Positions 40,646-50,546 are shown, counted from the stretch's first letter. The stretch: DNA of 64,000 nt from an uncultured bacterium (GCA_963801165.1 CAWDDT010000010.1:160001-224000); one strand, 5' to 3'. Notes: a model not told the origin generated them from the letters alone. Made by a program: numbers and translations.

Positions 40646-41403
40646 GAGATCGCATCGAGACATTTCAGGTCGGGGCCTCGGTTCGGGTGGTAGCAGGCAC
40701 ACGCAGCGGGGACATCGCTGTGGTGGTCGGCTCACCCGGAACGGTGCAGGTCGCCATGGACGGTGCCGGTGCAGAGTCCTTTCAGATCGACCAGATAGGG
40801 GACGTGATCACCGTGGACTCGAAGCGCAAGGGTATCTTCAGCTCGTCGACCGACATCGTGCTGACCGTTCCTTCAAGCACCAGACTCGAGCTTTCGTGCA
40901 CGTCGGGTGATATCGATGTCCAGGGAGACGTCGAAGAACTACGGGCCTCGGTGGCAAGCGGGGACGTTCGTGCCGAGACGGTTCGCTCCGTCTGTCACGT
41001 CAACTCGGCTTCCGGTGACATCACGATCGGCGCGGCAGGCGATGTCGAGATCAACACCGCATCCGGAACCGTCCGCGTCGACAGGGTCGCGCACAACCTC
41101 CGGCTCAACTCAGCGAGCGGCGACGTGTACATCGATGAGATTGGCGACACCTCGCGGTCCAAGGTAGCCAGCAGCACAGTCCGTATTGGAGCGTTCCAGG
41201 GTACTGAGGTGCGCCACAAGTCGATGTCGGGCGATCTGTACCTCGGTATCCCGCGGCGCCGCAGCGTGGAGCTCGACTTCGCCAGTCTCTCGGGGAGACT
41301 CCGCAACCACATCTCCAAGGGCGACGGTGGTCCTTCCGAGAAGTTGCTGGTTGTATCGGTAAATGCAGTTTCCGGCGACCTGATTCTGCAAGACGCCAAC
41401 TGA
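40642..41403 (+). CDS. DUF4097 beta-strand repeat protein
   Basis: Repeated SGD/ASG beta-repeats. Confidence 0.88.
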   Translation: MRDRIETFQVGASVRVVAGTRSGDIAVVVGSPGTVQVAMDGAGAESFQIDQIGDVITVDSKRKGIFSSSTDIVLTVPSSTRLELSCTSGDIDVQGDVEELRASVASGDVRAETVRSVCHVNSASGDITIGAAGDVEINTASGTVRVDRVAHNLRLNSASGDVYIDEIGDTSRSKVASSTVRIGAFQGTEVRHKSMSGDLYLGIPRRRSVELDFASLSGRLRNHISKGDGGPSEKLLVVSVNAVSGDLILQDAN

Positions 41404-41450
41404 GTCGACCTGGTCGGAGGGCGACGGCGTACGGCGGGCCGCTATCCTCG

Positions 41451-42164
41451 ATGAACGTGGCGGTCCCCGAACCCTTCAATGACGCTGAGGCCCGGTACCG
41501 GGAGCACGCCGGCTGGCCAACCGGCGGCGAGGATCGTGCCGTGATCATCGGGATCGGAGGCGGGTCGGGTTCGGGCAAGACGACGATCGCTGAGTCCGTG
41601 TTGGCCAATGTCGGGGCCGATACCGTCTCTCTCATCCAGCACGACGCTTACTACCGGGACTTGCCCGACCTGGCCTTCGAGGAGCGCGCCAGGGTCAACT
41701 ACGACCATCCGGACTCGCTCGAGACCGAGCTTCTCATCGAGCACATTCACGAGCTGAGGGCCGGGCGGACGATTGACCGTCCTGTCTACGACTTCACCAT
41801 TCACAGACGAACGAGCCGGACGGTCGCTGTGCGACCCGACCCCGTGATCATCATCGAAGGCATCCTCGTGCTCAGCGAACCTGAGCTACGCAGCGTCATG
41901 GATCTGCGCATCTACGTGGACGCCGACGCCGACCTGCGCTTCATCCGCCGTCTGGAACGAGATATCCAGGAGCGGGAGCGCACCGTGGAGTCGGTGATCG
42001 CTCAGTACCAGGAGACGGTCCGCCCGATGCATCTTCAGTTCGTAGAGCCGTCGAAACGGTACGCCGACATCATCGTCCCCAGCGGCGGGTACAACCGGGG
42101 CGCCGTCGGCACGATCATCTCGATGATCCGCGATGTCCTTTCGGAAGCCCGGCAGCGCACCTAG
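41451..42164 (+). CDS. udk: Uridine kinase
   Basis: GGSGSGKTT, NYDHPDS, PVYDF, IEGIL, FVEPSKRYADII. Confidence 0.96.
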   Translation: MNVAVPEPFNDAEARYREHAGWPTGGEDRAVIIGIGGGSGSGKTTIAESVLANVGADTVSLIQHDAYYRDLPDLAFEERARVNYDHPDSLETELLIEHIHELRAGRTIDRPVYDFTIHRRTSRTVAVRPDPVIIIEGILVLSEPELRSVMDLRIYVDADADLRFIRRLERDIQERERTVESVIAQYQETVRPMHLQFVEPSKRYADIIVPSGGYNRGAVGTIISMIRDVLSEARQRT

Positions 42165-42937
42165 GCGGGAGGCCGTATGCGGCGCCGTCGCTCCTCGTAG
42201 CGGGCCGCGAGGATCTCCACCGCAGGCATCGCGGCATTCGCGTATATCCGATGACCGTACGCCGAAGCGTGGAACAGGTCGCCGGCGAACACCTCGTCCG
42301 GGTTGGTCAGGAATTCCTGCCAGCCGGCCGACCATGTGTGGGTCTTGATGACGTCGGGGAAGTCGTCAACCACGCGGCGGATCGCCCTGTCGAACGACCG
42401 TCCCCTGATCCTGACGATCGAGCGAATCAACGCCGGGAGTCGTGGGATCGATCCGAGATCGCCGATGCCGGACACCGCCACCCCCGGGACATGACGATCC
42501 AGCTGGGCGACGATCTGGCGATATTCCCGCTCGAAGCGGCTCAGTTGCGTCGCCCGCAGCGCATCGTTGGCGCCGATCGACACGAAGACGAGGTCGGGGT
42601 TGAGCGAAATCGCCGGCAGCAGCTGCCCGGCTATGACGTCTCTTGCCTTGGCGCCGCCGACCGCTACCGAGCGCAGCTCCACCCTGTACCTGTCCGAGAG
42701 CCTGTGGGCGATCTGTCGTGGCCACGACGCGTCGAGTGGCTCGACACCGGGTGAGGTCACCGAGCTGTCGCCCATGACGACGAGCCGCAGTCGGGGCAGA
42801 TCGGGATCGCCGAAGTCACCAGACGGGTCCTGGTTGCTGAGCGTGGGAAGGTCCTTGCGGCGACCGGCCCTCACCACCTGAGCGACCAGGACACCGACGC
42901 CAAACAGCGGCTTCCGGAGGAAACGCAATCGTGACAT
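42161..42937 (-). CDS. SGNH/GDSL hydrolase
   Basis: GDSS, GAND, DLFHAS. Confidence 0.88.
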   Translation of the reverse strand: MSRLRFLRKPLFGVGVLVAQVVRAGRRKDLPTLSNQDPSGDFGDPDLPRLRLVVMGDSSVTSPGVEPLDASWPRQIAHRLSDRYRVELRSVAVGGAKARDVIAGQLLPAISLNPDLVFVSIGANDALRATQLSRFEREYRQIVAQLDRHVPGVAVSGIGDLGSIPRLPALIRSIVRIRGRSFDRAIRRVVDDFPDVIKTHTWSAGWQEFLTNPDEVFAGDLFHASAYGHRIYANAAMPAVEILAARYEERRRRIRPPA

Positions 42938-42987
42938 AGCTTCATGATTGTACCGGTACCGGGCTGCTTGATTCTGCCGGTGCGGCA

Positions 42988-44652
42988 TCACGTGCGGAGC
43001 TCGCCAGGAGCTCCAGCGGGGACAAATGGCGCCGCCGGAGCGACCACGGGGACTCTGCGGTATGGCTCGTCCTGCGGCGGGCGAGGATCGGCTTCGCCCC
43101 TGTTGGGCCAGAGAGCCATAGCGCGTTCGGTCATGGCGGTGATGGTGAGAGCCGGATTGACCCCGAGGTTGGCCGGTAGAGCCGAACCGTCGGCGACGTG
43201 CAAGCCGGAGTATCCGAACACCCGGTGATACGGATCGATGGTCCCGGCAGTCGCGTTGGCACCGATGGAGGCGCCACCGATGATGTGCGCCGTCGTCGGC
43301 ACATCGAGGAGCACCTCGTTGATGGCGCTGGCCGGGTAGCCACCCATCGAGTTCGCCGCCACGCGTGCCGCCTCATTGGCGACGGGTATGTAGCTCGGAT
43401 TTGGTGTTGTGTCGTCCTGAGAGGAGCGCAGCCGCTCGCCAAACCGTCCCTTCTTCAGGGTCACGTGGATCCTGTTGTCCAGGCTTTGCATGACGAGCAA
43501 TATCACCGAACGCTCCGACCACCTGTGGACGGACAGGCTTCGTGCGAACCGGATGGGATGGCGGATCACCTCACCGAGAAAGCGGATCTGGCGAGGGACC
43601 CGGCCACCGCCGTCGACCAGGATCGTCGCCAGCAGCCCCATTGCGTTGCTGCCGGGCGGGTAGCGCACGGGTTCGATGTGGGTTTGGGGTTCGGGATGGA
43701 TCGACGAGGTGATGGCGACACCCTGGGAGTAGTCGACGTCCCGGCTCTTTGCGGTGGCGCCGAGCAGAGCCTCCGAGTTGGTGCGGACGGATTGGCCGAG
43801 CTGCTCGGAAAGCGCCGGCAACGATCCCTGTTGCAGTCGCAACAGGAGACGGGTCGTGCCGAGGGCACCGGCCGAGAAGACCACTTGATCCGCGGTGAAC
43901 GTGCGCTGCCGCTTACGGATCCAGGCGCCCGGTCGTTGAGTCGTCACTGTGTAGCCACCGTCTTTGCGGGCAGCGACGTCGAGCACTTCGGTCTCGGGGT
44001 GAACCACTGTCCCGGCCCGCTCGGCCAGGTACAGGTAGTTGCGGTCCAGCGTGTTCTTGGCGTTGAACCGGCAGCCCACCATGCATCCGCCGCAGGTGAC
44101 ACAGCCGGTTCGCTCCGGTCCCACTCCGCCGAAGTAGGGATCGGGCGTCGTCTCGCCCGCCTCTCCGAAGTAGACCCCAACCGGGGCGGGTGTGTACGTC
44201 TCCTCAACACCGAAGTGAGCGGCGACGTCTTTGAGGACGAGATCGGCCGGAGTCGTGTTGGGATAGGGGGTAGCGCCGAGCATCCGCTTTGCTTGAGCGA
44301 AAAACGGAGCCAGTTCTTCCTTCCATCCGGTGATGGCGCCCCAGGTGTTGTCGCTGTAGAACGCATCGTGCGGTTCGTACAGCGTGTTGGCGTAAACCAG
44401 CGACCCGCCGCCAACGCCGGCGCCCGACAGCACGAGTACGTCATGGAGAAGTGTCAGCCGCTGGATACCCCGCATGCCGAGACGGGGAAACCAGAAGAAC
44501 TTGCGAAGGTTCCAGTTGGTCTTCGGGTAGTCGTCTTTGCCGAACCGTCTTCCGGATTCGAGCACGGCGACCCGGTATCCCTTCTCGGAGAGACGGAGCG
44601 CGGTGACGCTGCCACCAAAGCCCGACCCGATCACGACCACGTCGTAGTGCAT
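42988..44652 (-). CDS. choD: GMC oxidoreductase, cholesterol oxidase (ChoD-like)
   Basis: IGSGFGGSV, GVGGGSLVYANT, CGGCMVGC, TAHIIGG, GVNPALTITAMTERA. Confidence 0.88.
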   Translation of the reverse strand: MHYDVVVIGSGFGGSVTALRLSEKGYRVAVLESGRRFGKDDYPKTNWNLRKFFWFPRLGMRGIQRLTLLHDVLVLSGAGVGGGSLVYANTLYEPHDAFYSDNTWGAITGWKEELAPFFAQAKRMLGATPYPNTTPADLVLKDVAAHFGVEETYTPAPVGVYFGEAGETTPDPYFGGVGPERTGCVTCGGCMVGCRFNAKNTLDRNYLYLAERAGTVVHPETEVLDVAARKDGGYTVTTQRPGAWIRKRQRTFTADQVVFSAGALGTTRLLLRLQQGSLPALSEQLGQSVRTNSEALLGATAKSRDVDYSQGVAITSSIHPEPQTHIEPVRYPPGSNAMGLLATILVDGGGRVPRQIRFLGEVIRHPIRFARSLSVHRWSERSVILLVMQSLDNRIHVTLKKGRFGERLRSSQDDTTPNPSYIPVANEAARVAANSMGGYPASAINEVLLDVPTTAHIIGGASIGANATAGTIDPYHRVFGYSGLHVADGSALPANLGVNPALTITAMTERAMALWPNRGEADPRPPQDEPYRRVPVVAPAAPFVPAGAPGELRT

Positions 44653-44700
44653 CACCCCAACTCTCGCCGATCGACGACGCGATTGCCAGTGCAACCTCGC

Positions 44701-45792
44701 CTAGACGTTGAAGCGGAACAGGATCACGTCGCCTTCCTTGACGACGTACTCCTTGCCCTCGAGACGCCACTTGCCGGCTTCCTTGGCGCCGTGCTCGCCG
44801 CCGTTGGCGATGAACTCGTCATAGGAGATGACCTCGGCACGGATGAAGCCCTTCTCGAAGTCGGTGTGGATCTTGCCGGCGACCTGTGGGGCGGTCATCC
44901 CGTGCCGGAAGGTCCACGCCCGCACCTGCTTCTCACCCTGGGTGAAGTAGGTGCCCAGGTCGAGGAGGTGGTAGGCAGCCCGGATGACGCGGTTGAGACC
45001 GGGCTCCGTCTCGCCGATGTCGGAGAGGAACTCGTCCTTGTCCTCGTCGTCGAGTTGCGCGATCTCGGCCTCGACCTCGGCGCAGATCACGACCACGTCG
45101 GCGCTCTCCTCACGACCGCGTTCCTCAACCAGCTTGACGAACTCGTTGTCGTGCTCGGATGCCTCTTCGATGTTGGCGACGTACATCATCGGCTTGAGGG
45201 TGAGTAGCCGGTACTCGCGAACCGCCCTTCTCTCTTCGGCGGTGAGCGGCAGCGTGCGCACCGGCTTGCCCTGGTCGAGGTGATTCCTGATCGTCGTCAG
45301 CGTTGCCAGCAACCTGGTGGCGGCCTTGTCGCCCGCCTTGCCCTTCCGCTCGGTGCGATCGATGGCCCTCTCGATGGCCGCCTCGTCGGCGAGGGCGAGC
45401 TCGACGTTGATCGTCTCGATGTCTGCGATGGGATCGACCTTGCCGGTGACGTGGGCGATGTCGGGGTCCTCGAAGCAGCGCACGATGTGGACGATGGCGT
45501 CGGTGTCCTTGATGTGCCCGAGGAACTGGTTGCCGAGACCCTCACCTTTGGAGGCCCCGGCGACAAGGCCGGCGATGTCGACGAACTCCATCGTGGTCGG
45601 CACGATCTCACCGGGATGGACGAGGTCGGCTATCCGATACAGCCTCGGGTCGGGGACCGGCACGACCCCCACGTTCGGGTCGATCGTGCAGAACGGGTAG
45701 TTCTCGGCCGCGATCTCAGCGCTTGTGAGCGCGTTGAACAGGGTTGATTTTCCGACGTTGGGAAGTCCCACGATGCCGCACTGCAGCGCCAA
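44701..45792 (-). CDS. ychF: Ribosome-binding ATPase YchF
   Basis: [36 protein letters not shown]. Confidence 0.99.
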   Translation of the reverse strand: MALQCGIVGLPNVGKSTLFNALTSAEIAAENYPFCTIDPNVGVVPVPDPRLYRIADLVHPGEIVPTTMEFVDIAGLVAGASKGEGLGNQFLGHIKDTDAIVHIVRCFEDPDIAHVTGKVDPIADIETINVELALADEAAIERAIDRTERKGKAGDKAATRLLATLTTIRNHLDQGKPVRTLPLTAEERRAVREYRLLTLKPMMYVANIEEASEHDNEFVKLVEERGREESADVVVICAEVEAEIAQLDDEDKDEFLSDIGETEPGLNRVIRAAYHLLDLGTYFTQGEKQVRAWTFRHGMTAPQVAGKIHTDFEKGFIRAEVISYDEFIANGGEHGAKEAGKWRLEGKEYVVKEGDVILFRFNV

Positions 45793-45834
45793 TTCCGGTC
45801 TCCGGGTTCGTAGAGAAGCGGAGCTTAGCCCCGG

Positions 45835-47868
45835 TCAGGGTGTGGCGAACCACCGCTGTTGCGCCGGGTTGCTGCACTGCGGGGACACATCCGGACCCGT
45901 ACTCGGCCATGTGGTCGCTCCGTAAAATCCCGGAGCCGAGTCCATGTAGAGCGAATCGGGTATGTCGTGCGAGGTTATGTCCGGATCCCACCGGATCACT
46001 CCGGCCTCGAAGTTGCCGTGGAGCAAGGTTCCGGTGACGCCGGGATCGATGGCGATCTCGTCGGGAGAGCCGAGCAAGACGTTTCCCACGAGGTTCTGGG
46101 TTTGTGACGAATCGCGGACGAAGACACCCTCCTCCAGGATGCAGTTGCGCAGCGCTGTGTTCCCCGGTCCCGCCGGGCCCCAGTAGTCCCCGAACCCGAT
46201 CTCCTCGACGATGTTCCCTTCGAACAGGTTCATCGCCGGGTAGTGGCCGTGCAACGCGATATCTGGCAGGAGGTTGCCGTTGTTGTCGTGGCTGTCGGTG
46301 GAGAAGTTGTAGCCGAAGACGTTGCCGGCGGCGCCGAGCTGGATGATCATCGAGTGGCGGAGGGATTCGAAGATGTTGTTCTCGGTGAGACAGCCGGTCG
46401 TGTGACGCCCGAGGCTGGCCCCGTACCCGTGACCCCCGCCTCCGTGATCGAGAGCATCGACGAACCGGCTATCGCGAATCTCACAGCGGTAGACAGACTC
46501 GGTGCCGACGTGGGCCCGGTAGGCCATCTCGCTGCGTACGTTGTCGACCCACACGTATGCCGCGTTCTTGAAGCTGATCGTGGCGCCGTCACCCGGGTCG
46601 AGCCTCTCGATGGCCAGGCTCTCGACTCCGGCGTACTCGATGAGGCCGAGCGGGCGAAGCACGGGATGAAGCGAGGAGCCGTAGCTGTGGTGCAGCGGCT
46701 CGGCGAGCGTGACCTGGTTGCCGGAGACCGCGACGACCCTGACCATCTCGCCGACCGAAGCTTCCGCCCAGTCGACGTCCCACGCCGGGTCCGTGTACAT
46801 GATGGCAGGGTCGTTGTCCTGCTGGATCTCGGCGAAACCCGGGGCGGAGATGCCGCCCGTGTTTGCCAGCGTGAGTACGGTGGACCCCTTGCCCATGCCG
46901 TCGGTGATGCCGCGCCAATCGCCCCGTTCGTAGGTGACGGCGTCGATGGCGGGGACGGCGGCACCACCGAGATCGAACTCGAGCCGGGTCTCGTCGGGGC
47001 CCGCGCCCCGCAGGACGACGCCATCGTCTAGTTCGACGGTCCCGTTGATCCTGTAGGTGCCGGCGGGAACGTATACGACGCCGCCCGGGCCGGGCAGAGC
47101 GTCGATGGCGGCGGTGAACGCCGCATAGTCGTCGCTGGTGCCGTCTCCCACTGCGCCATAGTCGGTGACGGAAACCGCGACCGGATCGTGAGGGATGCCG
47201 TCGGGGAGCCCGGGGTCCCAGACGGTGCGTCGGCTGTCCGGGATGATTGCGGTTTCGGGAGGCGTCCCGGTCAGGGCGCGGTGGAGGAACGCCGCCATCT
47301 GACCGCGGCTGACCGGATCGTTGGGGCAGAAGAGACTGTCCGCAGGTGGGTTGCAGCCTCTGGTGACTGCCGCGGCAGCCAGCTTCTCGATGTCTGCCTC
47401 GAAGATGGAGCCATCGTCGTCGCTGAACGGGTCACCGGCCCGGGTGGCGAGGTCGAGGGCCCGGGTAAGAAACGCGGCCATCTCGGCCCTGGTCACGATG
47501 GCGTCGGGGCAGAAGCGATCGTTGGTTGGTGGGTTGCATCCCCTGGTGATCCCGGCCGCACCGAGGGCTTCGATTGCGGACTCGAACACGGAGCCGTTGT
47601 CGTCTGTGAACTCCACCGTGCCGGGATTGGTCAGATCGAGTGCTCTCACCAGGAAGGCTGCCATCTGGCCCCGCGTAACGGGATCGTCCGGGCAGAAGCG
47701 GTCGTCGACCGGTGGGTTGCATCCTCTGGTGATCCCCTCGGCCGCCAGCCACGTGATGTCGGCCGCGAAAACATTCCCGGCCGCAACGTCCGCAAACGGC
47801 GCATCGGCTCTGACGGGAGCAGGCAGCAGGGCGGCCAGCATAAGTGTGGCGACCATCACTCGGCGCAT
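45835..47868 (-). CDS. Secreted protein: three SLH-like repeats plus pectate-lyase-3/beta-helix domain
   Basis: Signal peptide; 3x GITRGCNPP..D.FCP...VTR.QMAAFL; VTDYGAVGDGTSDD...VYVPAGTY...VVLRGAG. Confidence 0.85.
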   Translation of the reverse strand: MRRVMVATLMLAALLPAPVRADAPFADVAAGNVFAADITWLAAEGITRGCNPPVDDRFCPDDPVTRGQMAAFLVRALDLTNPGTVEFTDDNGSVFESAIEALGAAGITRGCNPPTNDRFCPDAIVTRAEMAAFLTRALDLATRAGDPFSDDDGSIFEADIEKLAAAAVTRGCNPPADSLFCPNDPVSRGQMAAFLHRALTGTPPETAIIPDSRRTVWDPGLPDGIPHDPVAVSVTDYGAVGDGTSDDYAAFTAAIDALPGPGGVVYVPAGTYRINGTVELDDGVVLRGAGPDETRLEFDLGGAAVPAIDAVTYERGDWRGITDGMGKGSTVLTLANTGGISAPGFAEIQQDNDPAIMYTDPAWDVDWAEASVGEMVRVVAVSGNQVTLAEPLHHSYGSSLHPVLRPLGLIEYAGVESLAIERLDPGDGATISFKNAAYVWVDNVRSEMAYRAHVGTESVYRCEIRDSRFVDALDHGGGGHGYGASLGRHTTGCLTENNIFESLRHSMIIQLGAAGNVFGYNFSTDSHDNNGNLLPDIALHGHYPAMNLFEGNIVEEIGFGDYWGPAGPGNTALRNCILEEGVFVRDSSQTQNLVGNVLLGSPDEIAIDPGVTGTLLHGNFEAGVIRWDPDITSHDIPDSLYMDSAPGFYGATTWPSTGPDVSPQCSNPAQQRWFATP

Positions 47869-47945
47869 GCCGGCATCGTGCCACACCTGCCGGGGCTACC
47901 GGAGACCGGCTTTGCTCAGCGTGGGCGATGGGATAGGTTGCCATC

Positions 47946-48914
47946 GTGGAAGATGGCGCAACACTCATCGAAGCGAGCGATCTCGACGGGTTGATCCGAC
48001 TCATCGACGGACTCGTCACGTCACGCGACTGGCCGGGGATCGTAACTTTGCGGGACCGCTGTATCGAGGCTGTCGAGCGCGGCAAGCAGCTATGGGGGAT
48101 TGCCCAGTTCGCCGAGTACCGGCTGGCGCTCGACGCACCGGCCTCGTTTGCGGGCACGGTCGTGAAGGAAGGCGCAGGTCGCTTTGCGCTCGGGCCTCTG
48201 TGGGAGGTGGCGGCATCCACCCACACGTGGGAGGAGCTCGAGGGCGAGATTGATGACCGGAGGCTTCGCACCCTGGTCGCACATGAGCGGGTGCTGCGTG
48301 GTGACGCCGTCACGGGGGCTGACATCGACAGCCACGTACTCGAACTGCCGATCGGCATCCAACCCTGGGAGCCGCGCTACTCGCTCGCGGCCTACCGATC
48401 GGACCGAGCCGATTTCCCCGAGGGAGATCGTCCCGGGCTGGCGTGGATCGAATTGGGCGAACCGGTCGCCAAGGAGACGGAAGACGATGCGCTCGAGGCG
48501 CTTGCGGTCCTGACTCAGCCGTGGAGCGAGCAGTCAAACGGGCGCACCGTCGGCGTCACCGTTGTCGGTGACCCCTATGCGGCGATCCGGACGTTGGGTC
48601 CACACCGGGTGCGGGCCGCCGAGGTCGACCTGAAGACGGCGCTCGAGGTGATGGCGTGGACCGGTGCCTCCGGTGGGGCGTACGGGCGCAGACGGGGAAG
48701 TCCAGTTGGCCGCATGCTCGCCTGGTGGGCGCTCGCAGCCCTGCTGGGTTACGACGACATCGACGATCCGGAGGCGCTCGGCGAGGAGGGTGCCTCGCTA
48801 CAGTGGGTGCTGTGGGAGCCTGGGGACCGGATCGGCGGTTGGGGGTTCCATCTCGCTGTTGCCGATCCAGACGATGGTCTGGCCTGGGCCGTCAGCACCG
48901 CAGATGCCGTATAG
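47946..48914 (+). CDS. Conserved hypothetical protein (DUF6183-like)
   Basis: GPLWEVAA, WEPRY, ASGGAYGRRRG...GR; family assignment is from memory and unverified. Confidence 0.65.
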   Translation: MEDGATLIEASDLDGLIRLIDGLVTSRDWPGIVTLRDRCIEAVERGKQLWGIAQFAEYRLALDAPASFAGTVVKEGAGRFALGPLWEVAASTHTWEELEGEIDDRRLRTLVAHERVLRGDAVTGADIDSHVLELPIGIQPWEPRYSLAAYRSDRADFPEGDRPGLAWIELGEPVAKETEDDALEALAVLTQPWSEQSNGRTVGVTVVGDPYAAIRTLGPHRVRAAEVDLKTALEVMAWTGASGGAYGRRRGSPVGRMLAWWALAALLGYDDIDDPEALGEEGASLQWVLWEPGDRIGGWGFHLAVADPDDGLAWAVSTADAV

Positions 48915-48986
48915 GGAGTACCACGTAGCGTCGCCGGAGGTGGTGTCCACCATCTAGTCTCAGCGACCACGCAGATCGGAGGACGC

Positions 48987-49421
48987 ATGAAGAGCAAGGC
49001 AACGGCGAGTTGGAGTGGGGACCTGTTTGGCGGCTCGGGAACGACGAGTCTGACAGGAAGCGGCGCGGCCGGCCCGCTGCCGGTCTCGTGGGCGAGCCGC
49101 ACTGAGGAAGCTGCCGGCAAGACGAGCCCCGAAGAGCTGATTGCAGCCGCCCACGCGGCCTGTTATTCCATGGCGCTGTCGAACACGCTTGCCGGCGCCG
49201 GCCATGCACCCGACAAGCTCGACGTCGAGGCGGTGGCAACGTTCGAGAAGGTCGAGGCGGGCTGGCGACTCACCACAATGGCATTGTCGGTGACCGGATC
49301 GGTTCCCGGTGTCAGCGCCGAGGACTTCGCCGCAAGTGCCGCTGCCGCCAAAGAGGGGTGCCCGGTGTCCAACGCCCTCAGGGGCAACGTCGAGATCACG
49401 CTGGAGGCGACGCTGGTCTGA
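48987..49421 (+). CDS. osmC: OsmC-family peroxiredoxin
   Basis: TSPEELIAAAHAACYSMA, KEGCPVS. Confidence 0.95.
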   Translation: MKSKATASWSGDLFGGSGTTSLTGSGAAGPLPVSWASRTEEAAGKTSPEELIAAAHAACYSMALSNTLAGAGHAPDKLDVEAVATFEKVEAGWRLTTMALSVTGSVPGVSAEDFAASAAAAKEGCPVSNALRGNVEITLEATLV

Positions 49422-49444
49422 GCCCGGGCGGAGATGTGGCTCGG

Positions 49445-49828
49445 CTACGGCAACTGACCGATGAGCAGCCGCGCCACGTACCCGATGGCGACTCCGATGG
49501 TCCAGCTCGCCAACGATCCGACGAGCACGTATTCGGGCCGCATCGCCGGGTCGTCACCGGTGATCTCGGGGAAGCGCAGGATGCTCTTGGCCGTCACCAC
49601 CAACCCTACGGCAGTGGGGGCGTCGGAGATCATGAGCAGCACGATCAGTATTCGCTCGAAGCGGCCTATCCACCGGCCCAGACCGGGCCGCGAGATTGTC
49701 GCACCGTCGTTCAGTTCGATCGCCGTCAGCAGCCGGCGAACCACGGCTGCCGTCGGCCACCAGGCCAACACCAGAGCGATCGCGACGATTGCCGTGTAGC
49801 CAAGCCAGTGGATCGCCGGGTCGGTCAT
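49445..49828 (-). CDS. Small multi-TM protein (SatE/DUF3307-associated C-terminal module)
   Basis: GRWIGRFER...AKSILRF...EYVLVGSLAS; ATGA overlap with satD. Confidence 0.75.
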   Translation of the reverse strand: MTDPAIHWLGYTAIVAIALVLAWWPTAAVVRRLLTAIELNDGATISRPGLGRWIGRFERILIVLLMISDAPTAVGLVVTAKSILRFPEITGDDPAMRPEYVLVGSLASWTIGVAIGYVARLLIGQLP

Positions 49829-50457
49829 GACGTGGTCTTCGCAGAAGCGGCGAGACTGAGCAGACCATTGCGATGAGCCCGGCGTGAGACGACACCGGGG
49901 GTGACGCCGAGTTGCTTGGCAATGGCGGTCTGGGTAGCGCCGTCGAGGAGACCGAGGGTTATCCGGGCGTCCGAATCGTCGATCCCGGCGAGCACCTCGT
50001 CGCGTAGGCTCACCGCGACTTCGAGAAACGCCGGGTCGGCGAAGCCGGCGGTGAATCCGGCGGTGAAAACGGTTCGTCGATTCTCCGGGACCCTTTGCCG
50101 TGACGATTGCTTGAGGGCGACGAGGGCGTCACGGGCCGTCCACCACGCCGGACCGTCCTGCACCGCGGCGTCGGCAGACTCGGGGAAGGCGGTCACCTCG
50201 CCCCAGGCGACGCTCAGCCATAGGTCGTGGCCGTGCGCTCTCATGAGGAGACGCAGCCGCAGCGTTGCCGCCCATGCCCCGGCAATGGTTGCGTACGAGC
50301 CCTCGAACTCGTCACCCCGGGTTATCCGCAGCGTTGTGAGCGGGGAGGTGGTGTGGTTGACCACGTCGAGGACATCGACGAATGCGTGTTGCATAGTGTC
50401 GCGCTCACGCGTCAGCTTGGAGTCAACGATGTCGCCGATGACAGCGGCCAGTTGCAC
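49825..50457 (-). CDS. satD: SatD-family protein (nucleotidyl-cyclase-like N-domain plus C-terminal HTH)
   Basis: VIGDIVDSK, TRGDEFEG, DGPAWWTAR, TQTAIAKQLGVTPGVVSRR. Confidence 0.85.
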   Translation of the reverse strand: MQLAAVIGDIVDSKLTRERDTMQHAFVDVLDVVNHTTSPLTTLRITRGDEFEGSYATIAGAWAATLRLRLLMRAHGHDLWLSVAWGEVTAFPESADAAVQDGPAWWTARDALVALKQSSRQRVPENRRTVFTAGFTAGFADPAFLEVAVSLRDEVLAGIDDSDARITLGLLDGATQTAIAKQLGVTPGVVSRRAHRNGLLSLAASAKTTS

Positions 50458-50470
50458 TTTGCTCCTTGAT

Positions 50471-50545
50471 TTGCTCTACCAAGACAAGTATAACAGCTAT
50501 TGCTCTGTTGAGACAATTGGTATACTGCTTGTCGTTTCAAGGCAA
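50471..50545 (-). promoter_or_regulatory. Three 17-bp TTG-N11-CAA boxes at 29-bp period overlapping the satD promoter
   Basis: Boxes at 50471-50487, 50500-50516 and 50529-50545; promoter TTGTCT-18-TATACT on the minus strand. Confidence 0.75.
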
Positions 50546-50546
50546 A

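Noticed and set aside
43198-45207. 669-aa plus-strand ORF, and similar long antisense ORFs such as 15166-16857, 24044-25456 and 1653-2984
   Set aside because: Shadow ORFs antisense to well-recognised genes, expected from high GC at third codon positions; no recognisable motifs.
50471-50545. 29-bp periodic repeats as a mini-CRISPR array
   Set aside because: Repeats are 17 bp and degenerate, spacers are only 12 bp, no cas genes are present, and the array overlaps a promoter. An operator array fits better.
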